This document shows, in pieces, positions 48,427 to 58,332 of a stretch of DNA of 64,000 nucleotides (positions within the stretch are counted from its first letter, which is position 1; every line of letters begins with the position of its first letter). The notes below the pieces were generated by a model. It had not been told where the DNA came from and ran no database searches. It was given only the letters and a program-made list of their open reading frames with translations. The position numbers and the translations under genes are program-made. This DNA is from Amoebidium appalachense (taxonomy: Eukaryota > Protista > Ichthyosporea), in the NCBI GenBank assembly GCA_963693365.1, contig CAVNZM010000006.1, forward strand, positions 3,741,767 to 3,805,766. Direction: 5' to 3'.

Positions 48427-49377
48427 TCAAGCCTGCGGCGCGCGTGCAAACAGGCCGTGTGCGACCTCGTAGAACTGGGCCGTTTCACCGACCCTCCACT
48501 TCTCGCCGGCGAGCTCGACGACGACGGGATCGGACGTGATGGGGGTGATGAGGCGCGGACGAGGCGCGCCCTCCGTGTCCAAGGAGACGCTCGCAAAGCC
48601 CTCCATGACTAGGAAGGAGGGGTGCTCGGGAAGGCACATGCCGCGGACGCGCGGGTGGTAAGGACTTGCAACGATCCAGACGATGCACAGGTGGCGCAGC
48701 CTGCACAGGGTGCGGATAGCGCGCATGAACGACGCGGTCCATACTGCGCGGACAGCGACCAGGGTCTCCATGTCGTAGGCGCGCCACGGGGTGAAGTGGT
48801 TCGTCATGGTCAGGCGCTGGACTGCGCGGATGAAGAGCACGGGGGGCGCGGGGTCGGTGTAGGTGTCCTCGTCGTCGCTGGGCAGGTCGGTGTCGACGTG
48901 TGTGATGCGCACGGTCTTGCAGTTTGAGATGCGACCGCGGACGAAGCACGCGGACAGCTGGACGGCAGAGGCGTTCGCGATGACGCCCTCGATGAACAGG
49001 TCACCGTAGAAGGTGACATCGACGGTCTCGAGCGCCGTGCAGGCGTCGAAGCCCACGAGGTGCAGTGCGGCGTCGGCCTCGAAGAGCTCTGACCTGTTGA
49101 GTTGGATCAGACGGTCGCCCTTCTCCGACTGGTCGTCCCATGCGCTCGTTATGCACAGGTGGCGGAGGCCGGGGGGCAGCTTGACGGTGATGGACTGGTT
49201 CAGATCGCGTGAGAAGAGGGCTACGATGTCCAGGGTGATCACCTCCATGGCGCTCCTGGTCGAGAAGTCGATCTTGACGGTGGGGTGGAACAGGTGCGCC
49301 CTGATGTTGGCTTCGAGGTCTGGGTTGTCGACCTCCTCCTTGAGCAGAAAGTACGGTCCCTCGGTGATAAGCGCCAT
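48427..49377 (-). CDS. Viral hypothetical protein with degenerate leucine-rich-repeat-like segments
   Basis: Start MALITEG at 49377; strong codon bias; LPPGLRHLCIT, CTALETVDVT, AVQRLTMT, LCRLRHLCIV. Confidence 0.7.
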   Translation of the reverse strand: MALITEGPYFLLKEEVDNPDLEANIRAHLFHPTVKIDFSTRSAMEVITLDIVALFSRDLNQSITVKLPPGLRHLCITSAWDDQSEKGDRLIQLNRSELFEADAALHLVGFDACTALETVDVTFYGDLFIEGVIANASAVQLSACFVRGRISNCKTVRITHVDTDLPSDDEDTYTDPAPPVLFIRAVQRLTMTNHFTPWRAYDMETLVAVRAVWTASFMRAIRTLCRLRHLCIVWIVASPYHPRVRGMCLPEHPSFLVMEGFASVSLDTEGAPRPRLITPITSDPVVVELAGEKWRVGETAQFYEVAHGLFARAPQA

Positions 49378-49450
49378 TCTTGTGTCGGTTCCCGTGTTTG
49401 CCCGGTGAGATTCTTGGAGCCATTTTAATGGCCGTTGCCGCTTGGGATAC

Positions 49451-49630
49451 GATGACGTCATCGCCCAATGGCGATTTCCGCCCAAGAGCGCCCATCCAAT
49501 CCAATCAAGGACGTCCACGAGCACCCACCCAATCGGGAGGTGTCGTTACGTCATCATACCCGAGCCCGAAGATCGTGCGGACTTCCAGAGCACGGTGCAC
49601 GTACGTACGTTCTCCAGAGCGTCCAATACA
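49451..49630 (-). promoter_or_regulatory. CRE palindrome and CCAAT cluster upstream of the 49377 ATG
   Basis: GATGACGTCATC at 49451-49462, TTACGTCA at 49546, CCAAT at 49465, 49496, 49501, 49529 and 49623. Confidence 0.55.
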
Positions 49631-49637
49631 ATCCAAA

Positions 49638-50591
49638 CTAACGCGTGAGGAACCATGTGCTGTTGCTCGGATACGAAGCTAATTTGGAGTCGGCTTCGCC
49701 GACCGTCTTGAGCCATCCAACATTATCCTTGGTCGAGTAGTAGAAAGACTTGCAATTTGGGTCTGCGACGCACGCAATCTTCACTTCGTCCACCGATCCC
49801 TTTATCGACCGAATATCGCTACCGGCGTGTCCGACATCCAATCGCTGCACCCAATTGGGTCCGGACACCGGCTGGCCCGACTGCCAGAGCACGGTGCCGT
49901 TGGCGTCCCGCACGTAGGCGACGCCGTCGTTCTCCATTGTCAGGACCGCCGTGCCCACCTTCCCCTTGCGGTAGGTGTTTGACGCCCATATGACCGCACC
50001 CTTTGCGTCGTACACCACCAGATTGTTGTCTTCCTGCATGACGAGGGAGTAGGGCGAGCCATTCTTGTTGATCTTGTTGTGTGCCCAGAGGACCTTGTTG
50101 GTGCCGCGTTCGGCGACTATTGTGTTCCCGTCTGCCCCCTGCACCAGTTGGTACCGACCGTCGGGCGACACGACCTTCTCCCTGGTTGTGCTGGGCGCCA
50201 CGATCTTGTTGCCGTTTCCCAGCATGCTCATGGCCGGCGGATCTTCCTTCTTTACGACAACGGTGGGGGCGTTGGGGCAGGTGGGACAGTCGGGGCACTT
50301 CTCCTTGGGGGGGCAGGTCGGGCAGGTCGGGCACGTGGGGCACTTTGTGGGGGCCAGGGTGGGGCACGTCGGACAGGTGGGGCAATCCGGGCACTTCTTT
50401 TCGGGGGGGCAGACCGGACAGCTGTTGCATATGCCGCAGGGGCGCCTGCACTTGAGGGTGGTGATGTAGCGGATAAAGCGGGGCCTGTTGGCGTCGTACA
50501 TGACGATGAGGACGAACAGGGCACACAGGCACCACACCCAGGTAGACACGCTGGGGCGGCGAGGGAAAACCTGGGACGGAGGCAAGTCCAT
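49638..50591 (-). CDS. Membrane-anchored bulb-type (B) lectin with CPxCP stalk and C-terminal PAN/apple-like module
   Basis: TM WVWCLCALFVLIVM; (CPT)n repeats; SPDGRYQL...LVMQEDNNLVVY...IWASNT...LWQS carrying the QxDxNxVxY mannose-site motif; GSDI...CVADPNCKSFYY...WLK. Confidence 0.85.
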   Translation of the reverse strand: MDLPPSQVFPRRPSVSTWVWCLCALFVLIVMYDANRPRFIRYITTLKCRRPCGICNSCPVCPPEKKCPDCPTCPTCPTLAPTKCPTCPTCPTCPPKEKCPDCPTCPNAPTVVVKKEDPPAMSMLGNGNKIVAPSTTREKVVSPDGRYQLVQGADGNTIVAERGTNKVLWAHNKINKNGSPYSLVMQEDNNLVVYDAKGAVIWASNTYRKGKVGTAVLTMENDGVAYVRDANGTVLWQSGQPVSGPNWVQRLDVGHAGSDIRSIKGSVDEVKIACVADPNCKSFYYSTKDNVGWLKTVGEADSKLASYPSNSTWFLTR

Positions 50592-50637
50592 TTGGTAGAC
50601 CCACATGAAAATCGCACACAGTCCTGTTTGGCAAGCT

Positions 50638-51045
50638 TTATTTGAGCGGCTCGCGGCGCAGCGCGGATGCCACGCGGGCGGTCCAGGCGTACCTGCCACG
50701 CAAGTTCGCGGCGAAGGCCTCGTATGGAAGCGTCTGTGAGAACCACTCGCCCTTGTTAACGTCCCAGTAGCGGAGCCCGTTTTTCCTCGATACGTGGACC
50801 CGGGGGCAGCTGCGGCAGTCCGGGACGGTCTCGCTGTCGGCGTCGAAGCCCTCGGCGAGGTACTTGTCGTACAGCGCCTGTCCGCACGTGATTGCGTCGC
50901 AGCCCGCGTAGGGTCCAGGGTCGGGCAGTGGACGACCTTCCATGGCCGCACGCAACGATCGCCACCCCGACGCCACCCGGTGCCGAGCCGCGATTGCAGC
51001 AAACGTCAGCGCGCATAGGACACACACAACCAGTACCAGATACAT
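50638..51045 (-). CDS. Small N-anchored viral membrane protein with four cysteines in its ectodomain
   Basis: N-terminal hydrophobic helix MYLVLVVCVLCALTFAAIAA; biased codon use. Confidence 0.75.
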   Translation of the reverse strand: MYLVLVVCVLCALTFAAIAARHRVASGWRSLRAAMEGRPLPDPGPYAGCDAITCGQALYDKYLAEGFDADSETVPDCRSCPRVHVSRKNGLRYWDVNKGEWFSQTLPYEAFAANLRGRYAWTARVASALRREPLK

Positions 51046-51091
51046 CACTGTGAGACACCAGCATTACGTCCAACCCCAAGACCGCGAGCGG

Positions 51092-52457
51092 CTATTTGAT
51101 CCCAACTAGGACGGTGAAGCGACCGCCGACCCTGTACCCCATCTCATCCACGACGGCCACGCGCAGCCCCTCGACGTGCTCGAGCGACGTGGCGATCTGC
51201 GGCGACGCCTGTAGGTCTTCGCTGATGCCGCAGGCGGCGCCGTGGACACCCGCGGACACGATGCGGCCCTGGCAGTGCAGGCTTGTCTCGCCGTGCATGA
51301 CGTTGACCAGCAGCGCGCCCCCGAGGCGCCAGGGGAGGCGTGGACCCGACGATGCACTGGATGTTGTCTGCGGCGCAGGGAAGCTGTTGGTCGCCTTCGG
51401 CCACGGGGGCGTGGTCGCGGCCGTCGAAGTACCTTGCAAGCGGGGGCAACCCGCTGGTGAGGCTGTGACTGACGTGGCCGCCGACCTCGAAACCCAGGAC
51501 GCGCGCAAGGCCGCGTGGGACATCGAGGGTGAACGTAGGGACAGTTGCATATGGGGCCCAGTGCTTGACGACGTCGGGTGTGAGTGTCTTGTGGTGGTGG
51601 ATGCTGATGACCAGGCGATCGGGAATCGCCAGCTGCGACGGGGACATAAACGAGTAGAGCGTGTGGTGGAACGGCCACTTGAAGCGGTTGTGGGGGTCAC
51701 GCTCGTTTGCCAGCTCTCGCCATGCCCAAGGGTTCTCCCGATAGTGTATCTGCGCCAGCTGCAGCACCTCGTGGGCCAGGTGATCGGCGGGGCCCGAAGT
51801 GCGCGACGCCCACCTGTCCTTTGCGAGGAAGTCTTCTTGGCGGGTCCATGCCTCGCCATTGCGCTCGGCGGCGGCCTTGATGACGGCCGTGTGTGTGACC
51901 TTTGCGTAGTACGGGACTGCATCCGGGAACACGTCGAGGAGGTCTGCGATGTCATCGATGTTATATGAGGGCTTGTAGCAATCGGCGATGGCCTGATCTA
52001 GACGGGCCTCCAGTTCAGCGCACAGGGCGCCGATTGTATAGTGCCCGACCGGCAGGTAGATGTCTGCAGTCGAACGTGTCCACGAGCCCGGGTGGCGGCC
52101 ATCTGGCGAGTCGAGGAACGACAGCCCCAGCACCAATCTGTTGGAGCCCTCTGACACGTCGTACACGGAATGCACCCTTGCGCCCTCGACGCGAACACCG
52201 TGGACCGAGCGGGGAGCGGAGAACTCTATCTTCAGCGGGCCACCATGTGTGTCGCCGCTGACAAAGTGGTATCGCCAGGGAGCCTGGGACGCTTGGGTCG
52301 GGGCGGGTGAGCTCCGGGCGGAGGCATCGCCTACCACTGATGTGCGGGACGGGGTTGGAAGTGCGGGTCCGTGGGGAAAGGCCCGTCGTGCCATGGCGGC
52401 GGAGAAGTCGATGTGTGAAGCCATGTCGTCGAGAATACGGGAGCGCGCCTTCGACAT
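51092..52457 (-). pseudogene. Penton / minor capsid protein-like gene split by one extra base in a homopolymer at 51318-51322
   Basis: KIEFSAPRSVHGVRVEGARVHSVYDVSEGSNRL and IYLPVGHYTIGALCAELEARL fit the single jelly-roll penton pattern. Removing one G joins LAPRG to ALLVNV...VEGLRVAVVDEMGYRVGGRFTVLVGIK*. May be a sequencing error. Confidence 0.65.
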
Positions 52458-52482
52458 CCTACAGGTGGGTGAGCATAAAAGC

Positions 52483-52852
52483 TCAGTCCATGACTGTGCA
52501 GTTGCACTGCCAACGGGCCTTGGGTCCCGGGGCAGAAGGTGCGGGCGTCATGCTGGGTGGCCACACCAAAGTCTCGGGGGTAGTGGTGGGGGTGGCTGGG
52601 GACGGGGTGACGTCATCCTCGGAGGAAATCTGTGTCCCGGAGCCACTGGCGGGGAAGTCGAGTGGGACCTCATCGTCTGTCGGCGCGGGGATGCCGGGGG
52701 GGCCAGACCGCAGGTGCGGTTTCAGCGACGGCCTCGGTGGCTGCGAGACTGGACGCGGGGCCGGTGCTTTGGTATATGCACTGTGGGGCAGCGAACGACC
52801 CGACGGCAAGGGCGAAGACGGCGTAGAGGTTGTTGAGCATTACTTGTAGCAT
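52483..52852 (-). pseudogene. Signal-peptide-bearing Pro/Thr-rich protein with a frameshift at the G7 run 52696-52702
   Basis: MLNNLYAVFALAVGSFAA...AVWPP continues as GIPAPTDDEV...LVWPPSM...CNCTVMD* if one base is removed; the repeated VWPP supports the join. Confidence 0.55.
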
Positions 52853-52860
52853 ATAAAATT

Positions 52861-53457
52861 CTAGGCGCCGCGGAGGTCCAAGACGGCAAGAAACAACGTT
52901 ATGGCAGGGAACGGGAACATGTCAAGACAGAGCCTGAAGCGCCAGAACCGCGCGATGCATATCGCAACATTGACACCCCGAAATCCATATTGGACGCCGA
53001 GGTCGTCCGTGTAGACAAACCACGAGGGCATCGGGATGATTGGTAAACCGCCCAAGCCAAGCGAAGCGGCCACTCCCAGTTCGATACGGGCAGTGGGTAG
53101 CGAAGCGGGTGACCAATTTGTGTGGTTAGGTGTACGCGCGTTGATTCTTACGTTAGCCAGGCTTGGCCTCGGTAGTGCGTGTTTCGCGGCGGTCGTGGCT
53201 CCGGTCTGTGAATGTATGAAGACAAATTCTGAGGCATCGGCCCTGTCGTCGGTGAACGTGACGACGTTGTGATCCGGCAAAGCCTTCCAATACATACGCA
53301 GATCCCCGACGCGGGTGCACACGTATGGGTCATCCCTCTGCCATGGCAGTGCCATGCCAGTCTGTTGGGTGTCTGCCAGATCGGGCGGCCAATCAGTTGG
53401 TTCGCTCAGCAGAGCCAGTTGCTTGCTAACGTATCGACCTGAATGAAGGATGTGCAT
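52861..53457 (-). CDS. Viral hypothetical protein (true start may lie upstream through another frameshift near 53465)
   Basis: 198-aa ORF packed head-to-tail with its neighbours. Confidence 0.55.
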   Translation of the reverse strand: MHILHSGRYVSKQLALLSEPTDWPPDLADTQQTGMALPWQRDDPYVCTRVGDLRMYWKALPDHNVVTFTDDRADASEFVFIHSQTGATTAAKHALPRPSLANVRINARTPNHTNWSPASLPTARIELGVAASLGLGGLPIIPMPSWFVYTDDLGVQYGFRGVNVAICIARFWRFRLCLDMFPFPAITLFLAVLDLRGA

Positions 53458-54255
53458 ATCGTGTGGGGGCTAACAAGACCTAGGCATTTTATTGTGCCAC
53501 AAGCAAGGGCCAGTGCGTACACGCGTGTGGATCGCTCTGGGTATACTCTGTTCATCTGTTCACGGACATGCAGCCATGTTGTGGCCGCCGCAGATGCCTT
53601 GCCCGGCAAGCTTTATTAACGAATTGTTGCCACGCGAGACGCGGGCGATGGCAAAGAACAACCAATCATACGGTCAAGACATACCCATGTACCTACTCCA
53701 ATCGTCCAACCTTGAATATGCCAAGTCCGAGCCATGTCGGACGCGCAAAACAACCGGCGAAACCTACACAGTCAAACCCGGAAAGAGATCTAACATCAAA
53801 ACCCAAAACGATGTTCCCCACGGGGAGACTACTACTTCCGCTTTTTCAGAATGGTTAATAGACGCATGCATACGAGTGACATCCAACTAGGCACTCCAAG
53901 TGCAAAAAGGGGTGCTGGTGATACGGCCAATCGGGGCGATGGGATGCAATCCACGCCCCCCGAAATGTGAGCGTCTGTAAAGGGCGGCGGAACATTAGAG
54001 TGCGAGCTACTCTGAGTGAGCTTACTCTGTAAAAGTGTCCAATCGCGAGTTCAACGTACATGTCGAATACGTCGCGGCATGCATTTCGCGCGGCATTGCG
54101 TCGTCGCCTTCAGGTGTGTTTACGTCGCCGGACAGCATTGCGTCATCGCATCCGTGTGCTTGCGTCACCGGACAGCATTGCGTCATCACAATGAAATCGA
54201 CCTTCGCGAACGTTTAAAAGCCCGCGGAACACCCTATGATCGTCAAACCTGCAGC

Positions 54256-55956
54256 ATGTCTCTCTCTCAAGCCTTTCCCGCTATCGCCCACGAGTGGCAC
54301 CCGAGCAAGAATGCCCCGCTGTCTCCGTCGTCCGTGGGGGCCAAGTCCAACAAGAAGGTGTGGTGGCGCTGCGGCACGCCCGGCTGCAACGGCGAGTGGG
54401 AGGCGTATGTGTTTGCAAGGACCAAGCAGGCGCCGGGGTGCGTCGCGTGCCGCAAGAGTGCCGACGCGAAGAAGTACTTTACCAAGAAGCTCGATGCCGA
54501 CAAGACCTTCGCGGTGCTCTTCCCAGACATCGCCGCGGAATGGCACTTTGAGAAAAACCACCCGATCGCCCCGTCCGACATCGGCAAGGGGAGCAAGGTC
54601 TTCTGGTGGAAATGCTCGCGCATCGACTGCGAAACCGAATGGCAGGCCAGCCCCGCAAACCGCACGAAGAACGGGCCGGGCTGTCCGGCTTGCAAGCGCA
54701 AGGAGATCAACATGCGCGTGAAGCCGGACGAGACACTCCGCGCGAAGTTCCCAGCCATCGCCGCCGAGTGGCACCCCACCAAGAACAGCGAGGTCACGCC
54801 GGACAGGGTGCACCACGGCAAGAAGATGAAGGTTTGGTGGGTGTGCGCGAGCGGCCACGAGTGGGAGAACTGGATCCACAACCGCACGCGGCTTGGTAAC
54901 GCCTGCCCCGTGTGTGCCAACAACAAGAGGGCTCGCGCACTCGGGCCCGACGAGGTCGAGATGCCATCCCCGAAACGCCCGCGATCCGAACTGCCCAAGA
55001 ACGACGAAGAGTATGCCGAGAAACGGCGCATAAACCTCGAACGCCGAAGCGCCCACGCTATCGAGATAGGTGCCGAAGGAAAGAAGTGGGTGATGAGCAT
55101 GTTCAGAGAGGCCGGCCTGACCATTATGCCGACAAGGGAAAGCTGTGCCGCCGATTTCCTTTGGGTGACGGAGCCTGATGAAGAACCCCGTGGCTACGCG
55201 GTAACAGTGAAGACTAGCACGCGGCGCGACGAAGCCGCGTTCGCCTTTATGCGGTGCAACAAGTACTCAGGCGGAGTGGTTGCGTGCGTGGGGGACGACG
55301 GTAAGGCACGACGGCTGTGGATCTTTGCTGGAAACGAATCGGTCATGAACGCGGCGGGCAACATAAGCATCGGGCAAGGCGGGCGGACACGATTAGCGGA
55401 CAGGGAAGTCGCGTCCGTCGGACAGCTGGTGACTTCACTTGATGGACTGAAGGAGAACCTCGAACTGCGAACACACGCCCAAGCAAACACCCCAAATGGG
55501 TCGAAACAGCAAAGAGAGACCGAGACGCAGGCGGCCATAGAGCGCGTACTACAGACCAAGTTTGTGTATCCCGAAGTACACGAGCACAACGCCAGGTTCG
55601 ATATGTACTGGAAGGGCCAACGAGTGCAAGCAAAGACGGCTTTGGATATGGGCACGTATTGGCAGTTCGCTCTGGCGACTTACACGGGTGGCCACAGAAA
55701 GAAGACCTGCTACGCTGTCGATGATTTCGACGTCCTCATGGTCTTCCTCCCTGAGGGATCTGTGGCAAGGGTTTTATTTGTTCCCGTTGTCGTCCTGCGC
55801 GACATGGGTCTGGTGGCGGGGACCCACGGACCCAAGGCCGCTCCGTGTGTAGTTCTTTACAAGGACGGTTCTGGCAAGTACGGCGGTCTTTCGCGCTTTG
55901 TGTTTCCTGTGGTCGACGATCTTGAGGAGAAATTCACATCGATGTTTAGTGTGTAG
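54256..55956 (+). CDS. Three treble-clef zinc-finger repeats (DUF4379-like) fused to two PD-(D/E)XK-like nuclease domains
   Basis: FPAIAHEWHPSKN...KVWWRC...HEW...CPxC occurs three times; then ADF...AVTVKT and RFD...RVQAKT followed by YAVDDFDVLMV. Confidence 0.8.
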   Translation: MSLSQAFPAIAHEWHPSKNAPLSPSSVGAKSNKKVWWRCGTPGCNGEWEAYVFARTKQAPGCVACRKSADAKKYFTKKLDADKTFAVLFPDIAAEWHFEKNHPIAPSDIGKGSKVFWWKCSRIDCETEWQASPANRTKNGPGCPACKRKEINMRVKPDETLRAKFPAIAAEWHPTKNSEVTPDRVHHGKKMKVWWVCASGHEWENWIHNRTRLGNACPVCANNKRARALGPDEVEMPSPKRPRSELPKNDEEYAEKRRINLERRSAHAIEIGAEGKKWVMSMFREAGLTIMPTRESCAADFLWVTEPDEEPRGYAVTVKTSTRRDEAAFAFMRCNKYSGGVVACVGDDGKARRLWIFAGNESVMNAAGNISIGQGGRTRLADREVASVGQLVTSLDGLKENLELRTHAQANTPNGSKQQRETETQAAIERVLQTKFVYPEVHEHNARFDMYWKGQRVQAKTALDMGTYWQFALATYTGGHRKKTCYAVDDFDVLMVFLPEGSVARVLFVPVVVLRDMGLVAGTHGPKAAPCVVLYKDGSGKYGGLSRFVFPVVDDLEEKFTSMFSV

Positions 55957-56123
55957 AGTTGTGCAAAATCAAATGTAATCGACTCGTGCATGGGTACAAT
56001 AAATAAAGTTCGTCAGACCAATTGTATACGCACTATGGCATAACATCGATTGTTTGCAGGGTACAATTCTACACGCATCATAATATCATCTGTGTATACA
56101 CTGGAATCGATTAGTATGGGTGA

Positions 56124-57404
56124 TCAACTAAATCGAATTGATAGCATCCCACCACTGATGCTCACTAGGTTGTGACCTCTTGCGTAGACCCAGAAGTCCA
56201 CCATGTTGGTCATGGACTCGTGCATCTCGAGGTTGAGGTCGATGGTGTCGATGCGCGAGAAGTTGGTTGATCCGGTCGGCTGAATGGAGTCTTCGGGTTG
56301 AAGGGCGTAGGGGACCATGAACATCTTGAGTGCGGGGGAGCGGGTGTGGTACTTCTGCACAAGCACCTTGTGCGCGAAGAGACCACTGTAGTTGTACTGC
56401 ATGCCCGTGTTGTTGTACTTGACGTCGATCTTCTGGATCGGCAGATACAAGGGGTTGTTGAAGTTCTTGCCGGGGCTGGCAAAGTTGAAGAAGTCGTTGC
56501 GGCCAGGGGTGTTGTTGCGCGCGCGGGGCTGGCACACGATCAGCAGCTCCTTGACGGGGAAGCCGAAGTTGAGCTGCTGTGTGACGATCTGCTTCTGGCC
56601 GCCGGTGCTGGTCATGTTCACGCTGAACATCTTCTCCTGCCAGAGGTCGACCAGGTAGTCGTGGCGCTGGGCCTGTGCCCACATGGCACGCTCCTGCTCG
56701 TCGACGAAGATGTACTCGACGATGACGTTGCTGTCGAAGATGGCGCCGCCATACTTGCCCACGGTCTGCGAGGACGGCTGCAGGTCGCCGACGTCGTTGA
56801 TCAGGTCGCGCAGGGGCTTGGTGTCGATGTCGATGCGCACGGTGTGGAACTGCAGCGCGACGATGGGGAGCGCGGCGCCGTACCTGCGGTTGAACCAGAA
56901 CTGCAGCGGAAAGAAGTACTCCATGTCGTGGTTGGCCCAGTCGCGCAGCTGGCTGACGTGTTCAGCCTTGCCGATGGCGATGCCAAGGCCCTTGCCCGGG
57001 GGCGTCTCGATGTCCTCGAGCATGGCCAGCAGGCGGCCCACGTGCTGGTCGATGCGGTAGGTGCCTACATTGAGCTCGATGCGGTTGAAGAGCGCATAGG
57101 GCAGCATGTTGACGAAGTGGGCGTTGTACGGCAGCAGGTCGGAGCCCGGGGGGCCGCGCTTGAGGGCCTGGACCTTGAAGTGGATCCACAGGTCCTTGAT
57201 CAGATCACCGGAGCGGCTGATCTCACAGTTGCAACCGGTCGAGCCGTAGTCCAGGGCGGTCTGGAAGTTCACGCGGAAGAACTCGATGGAGAAGTTGTTG
57301 ATCTGGGCATACTTGCTCCGGAAGAGGGTCTTTGTGGGCTTGAAGGTCAGCACCGAGTCCTGCACGCCCTTGGACACCAGCTGAACGATTGCCGAGCTAG
57401 ACAT
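56124..57404 (-). CDS. MCP: NCLDV double jelly-roll major capsid protein
   Basis: VQLVSKGVQDSVLT, FRSKY...NFSIE, ISRSGDLI, PLQFWFNR...ALPIVALQFHTVRI, NFGFPVKEL, YALQPEDSIQPTGSTNFSRID, YARGHNLVSISGGM. Intact at 426 aa. Confidence 0.97.
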   Translation of the reverse strand: MSSSAIVQLVSKGVQDSVLTFKPTKTLFRSKYAQINNFSIEFFRVNFQTALDYGSTGCNCEISRSGDLIKDLWIHFKVQALKRGPPGSDLLPYNAHFVNMLPYALFNRIELNVGTYRIDQHVGRLLAMLEDIETPPGKGLGIAIGKAEHVSQLRDWANHDMEYFFPLQFWFNRRYGAALPIVALQFHTVRIDIDTKPLRDLINDVGDLQPSSQTVGKYGGAIFDSNVIVEYIFVDEQERAMWAQAQRHDYLVDLWQEKMFSVNMTSTGGQKQIVTQQLNFGFPVKELLIVCQPRARNNTPGRNDFFNFASPGKNFNNPLYLPIQKIDVKYNNTGMQYNYSGLFAHKVLVQKYHTRSPALKMFMVPYALQPEDSIQPTGSTNFSRIDTIDLNLEMHESMTNMVDFWVYARGHNLVSISGGMLSIRFS

Positions 57405-57495
57405 GTTTAAGATTTGCCAACATAATATCGCACAGGACCACGTCTGGATGGAAAAGGCCGCGGGATAGCGCGCATTTTGTCCGCCAGAGACTAGA

Positions 57496-58305
57496 ATGCC
57501 CTATACCGACTTTGACGCGCTCGCCAACGACGTCACCGGTCCCGCGCGCAGGCTGCAGATTCTCGCGGTGGACCGGTACGCCCAGGACTTCGACGTGACC
57601 CCCGAGGTCACCAAGGCGGCGGCGTTGCTGCTTGCGGGGTCCATCGACGACTTCGCCGAACACCTGGCGGCCGACAAGCCCGTGCCGCTGACCGCCCTGG
57701 GAATCGTCGACCTTGCGCACTGCCTGTGGGCGCAGATCAAGGACGGCAAGTTCAGGTTCAGCAGGGCGCTGCGCGTGGCCGAGGACATCTACCAGCGCAC
57801 GCGCCTGGCATGCCTCTCGGCGACGGCCGCGGACTTCAACCGCACGCTGGTCGATGGGTACGGCGTGCCTTCGACTCTGGTGACGGACATCAGCAGGTAC
57901 TCGAGGTTCGATGGTCTGCGGCTGTCGGACGTGGCGGCCGTCAACCGCTGGCTTGTCGCAGTGGAAAGGACGCTGCACGAGAAGGACGCCAGCGCGGCGC
58001 TGGTCATACCGCCTGAGATCCGCAAGCTGCGGCCGCGCGAGTGGTGCCAGAAGCCCGAGGAGACGTTCAAGCGGCGGACGGAGCTACACGAGGACCTGTA
58101 CCAGCGGTGGCGCAACTTGCTGTACAAGCCCATAAACATGGTCCGGCTGGAGGCGAAGGACATAGACAAGAACACGCTGCTTGCGGTGCACCACCGCCGT
58201 CTGAACGGCCAGCACGTGGACGCGTTCATGGCCGGCACGGCCGTCGACGTGCGCGGGACCCCGAACCCCCTTAAGACAAGCGCGTTCCTGGCCGCAAGTG
58301 CGTAG
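57496..58305 (+). CDS. Viral hypothetical protein, paralog A
   Basis: 269 aa; shares AEDxYQR, DFN, EDLYxRWRN and LxAxxHRxL motifs with the next ORF. Confidence 0.85.
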   Translation: MPYTDFDALANDVTGPARRLQILAVDRYAQDFDVTPEVTKAAALLLAGSIDDFAEHLAADKPVPLTALGIVDLAHCLWAQIKDGKFRFSRALRVAEDIYQRTRLACLSATAADFNRTLVDGYGVPSTLVTDISRYSRFDGLRLSDVAAVNRWLVAVERTLHEKDASAALVIPPEIRKLRPREWCQKPEETFKRRTELHEDLYQRWRNLLYKPINMVRLEAKDIDKNTLLAVHHRRLNGQHVDAFMAGTAVDVRGTPNPLKTSAFLAASA

Positions 58306-58332
58306 AGCGATTTTTATCGCTGCAGAAATCAG

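Noticed and set aside
50592-51002. N-terminal extension of the 454-aa lectin ORF in the track
   Set aside because: It overlaps the better-supported 50638-51045 gene in another frame; the lectin more plausibly starts at 50591 or 50606.
56298-57410. 370-aa plus-strand ORF antisense to MCP (similarly 62474-63334, 54214-55124, 51096-51968, 58434-59192)
   Set aside because: Shadow ORFs caused by strong GC3 bias of the real genes on the opposite strand.
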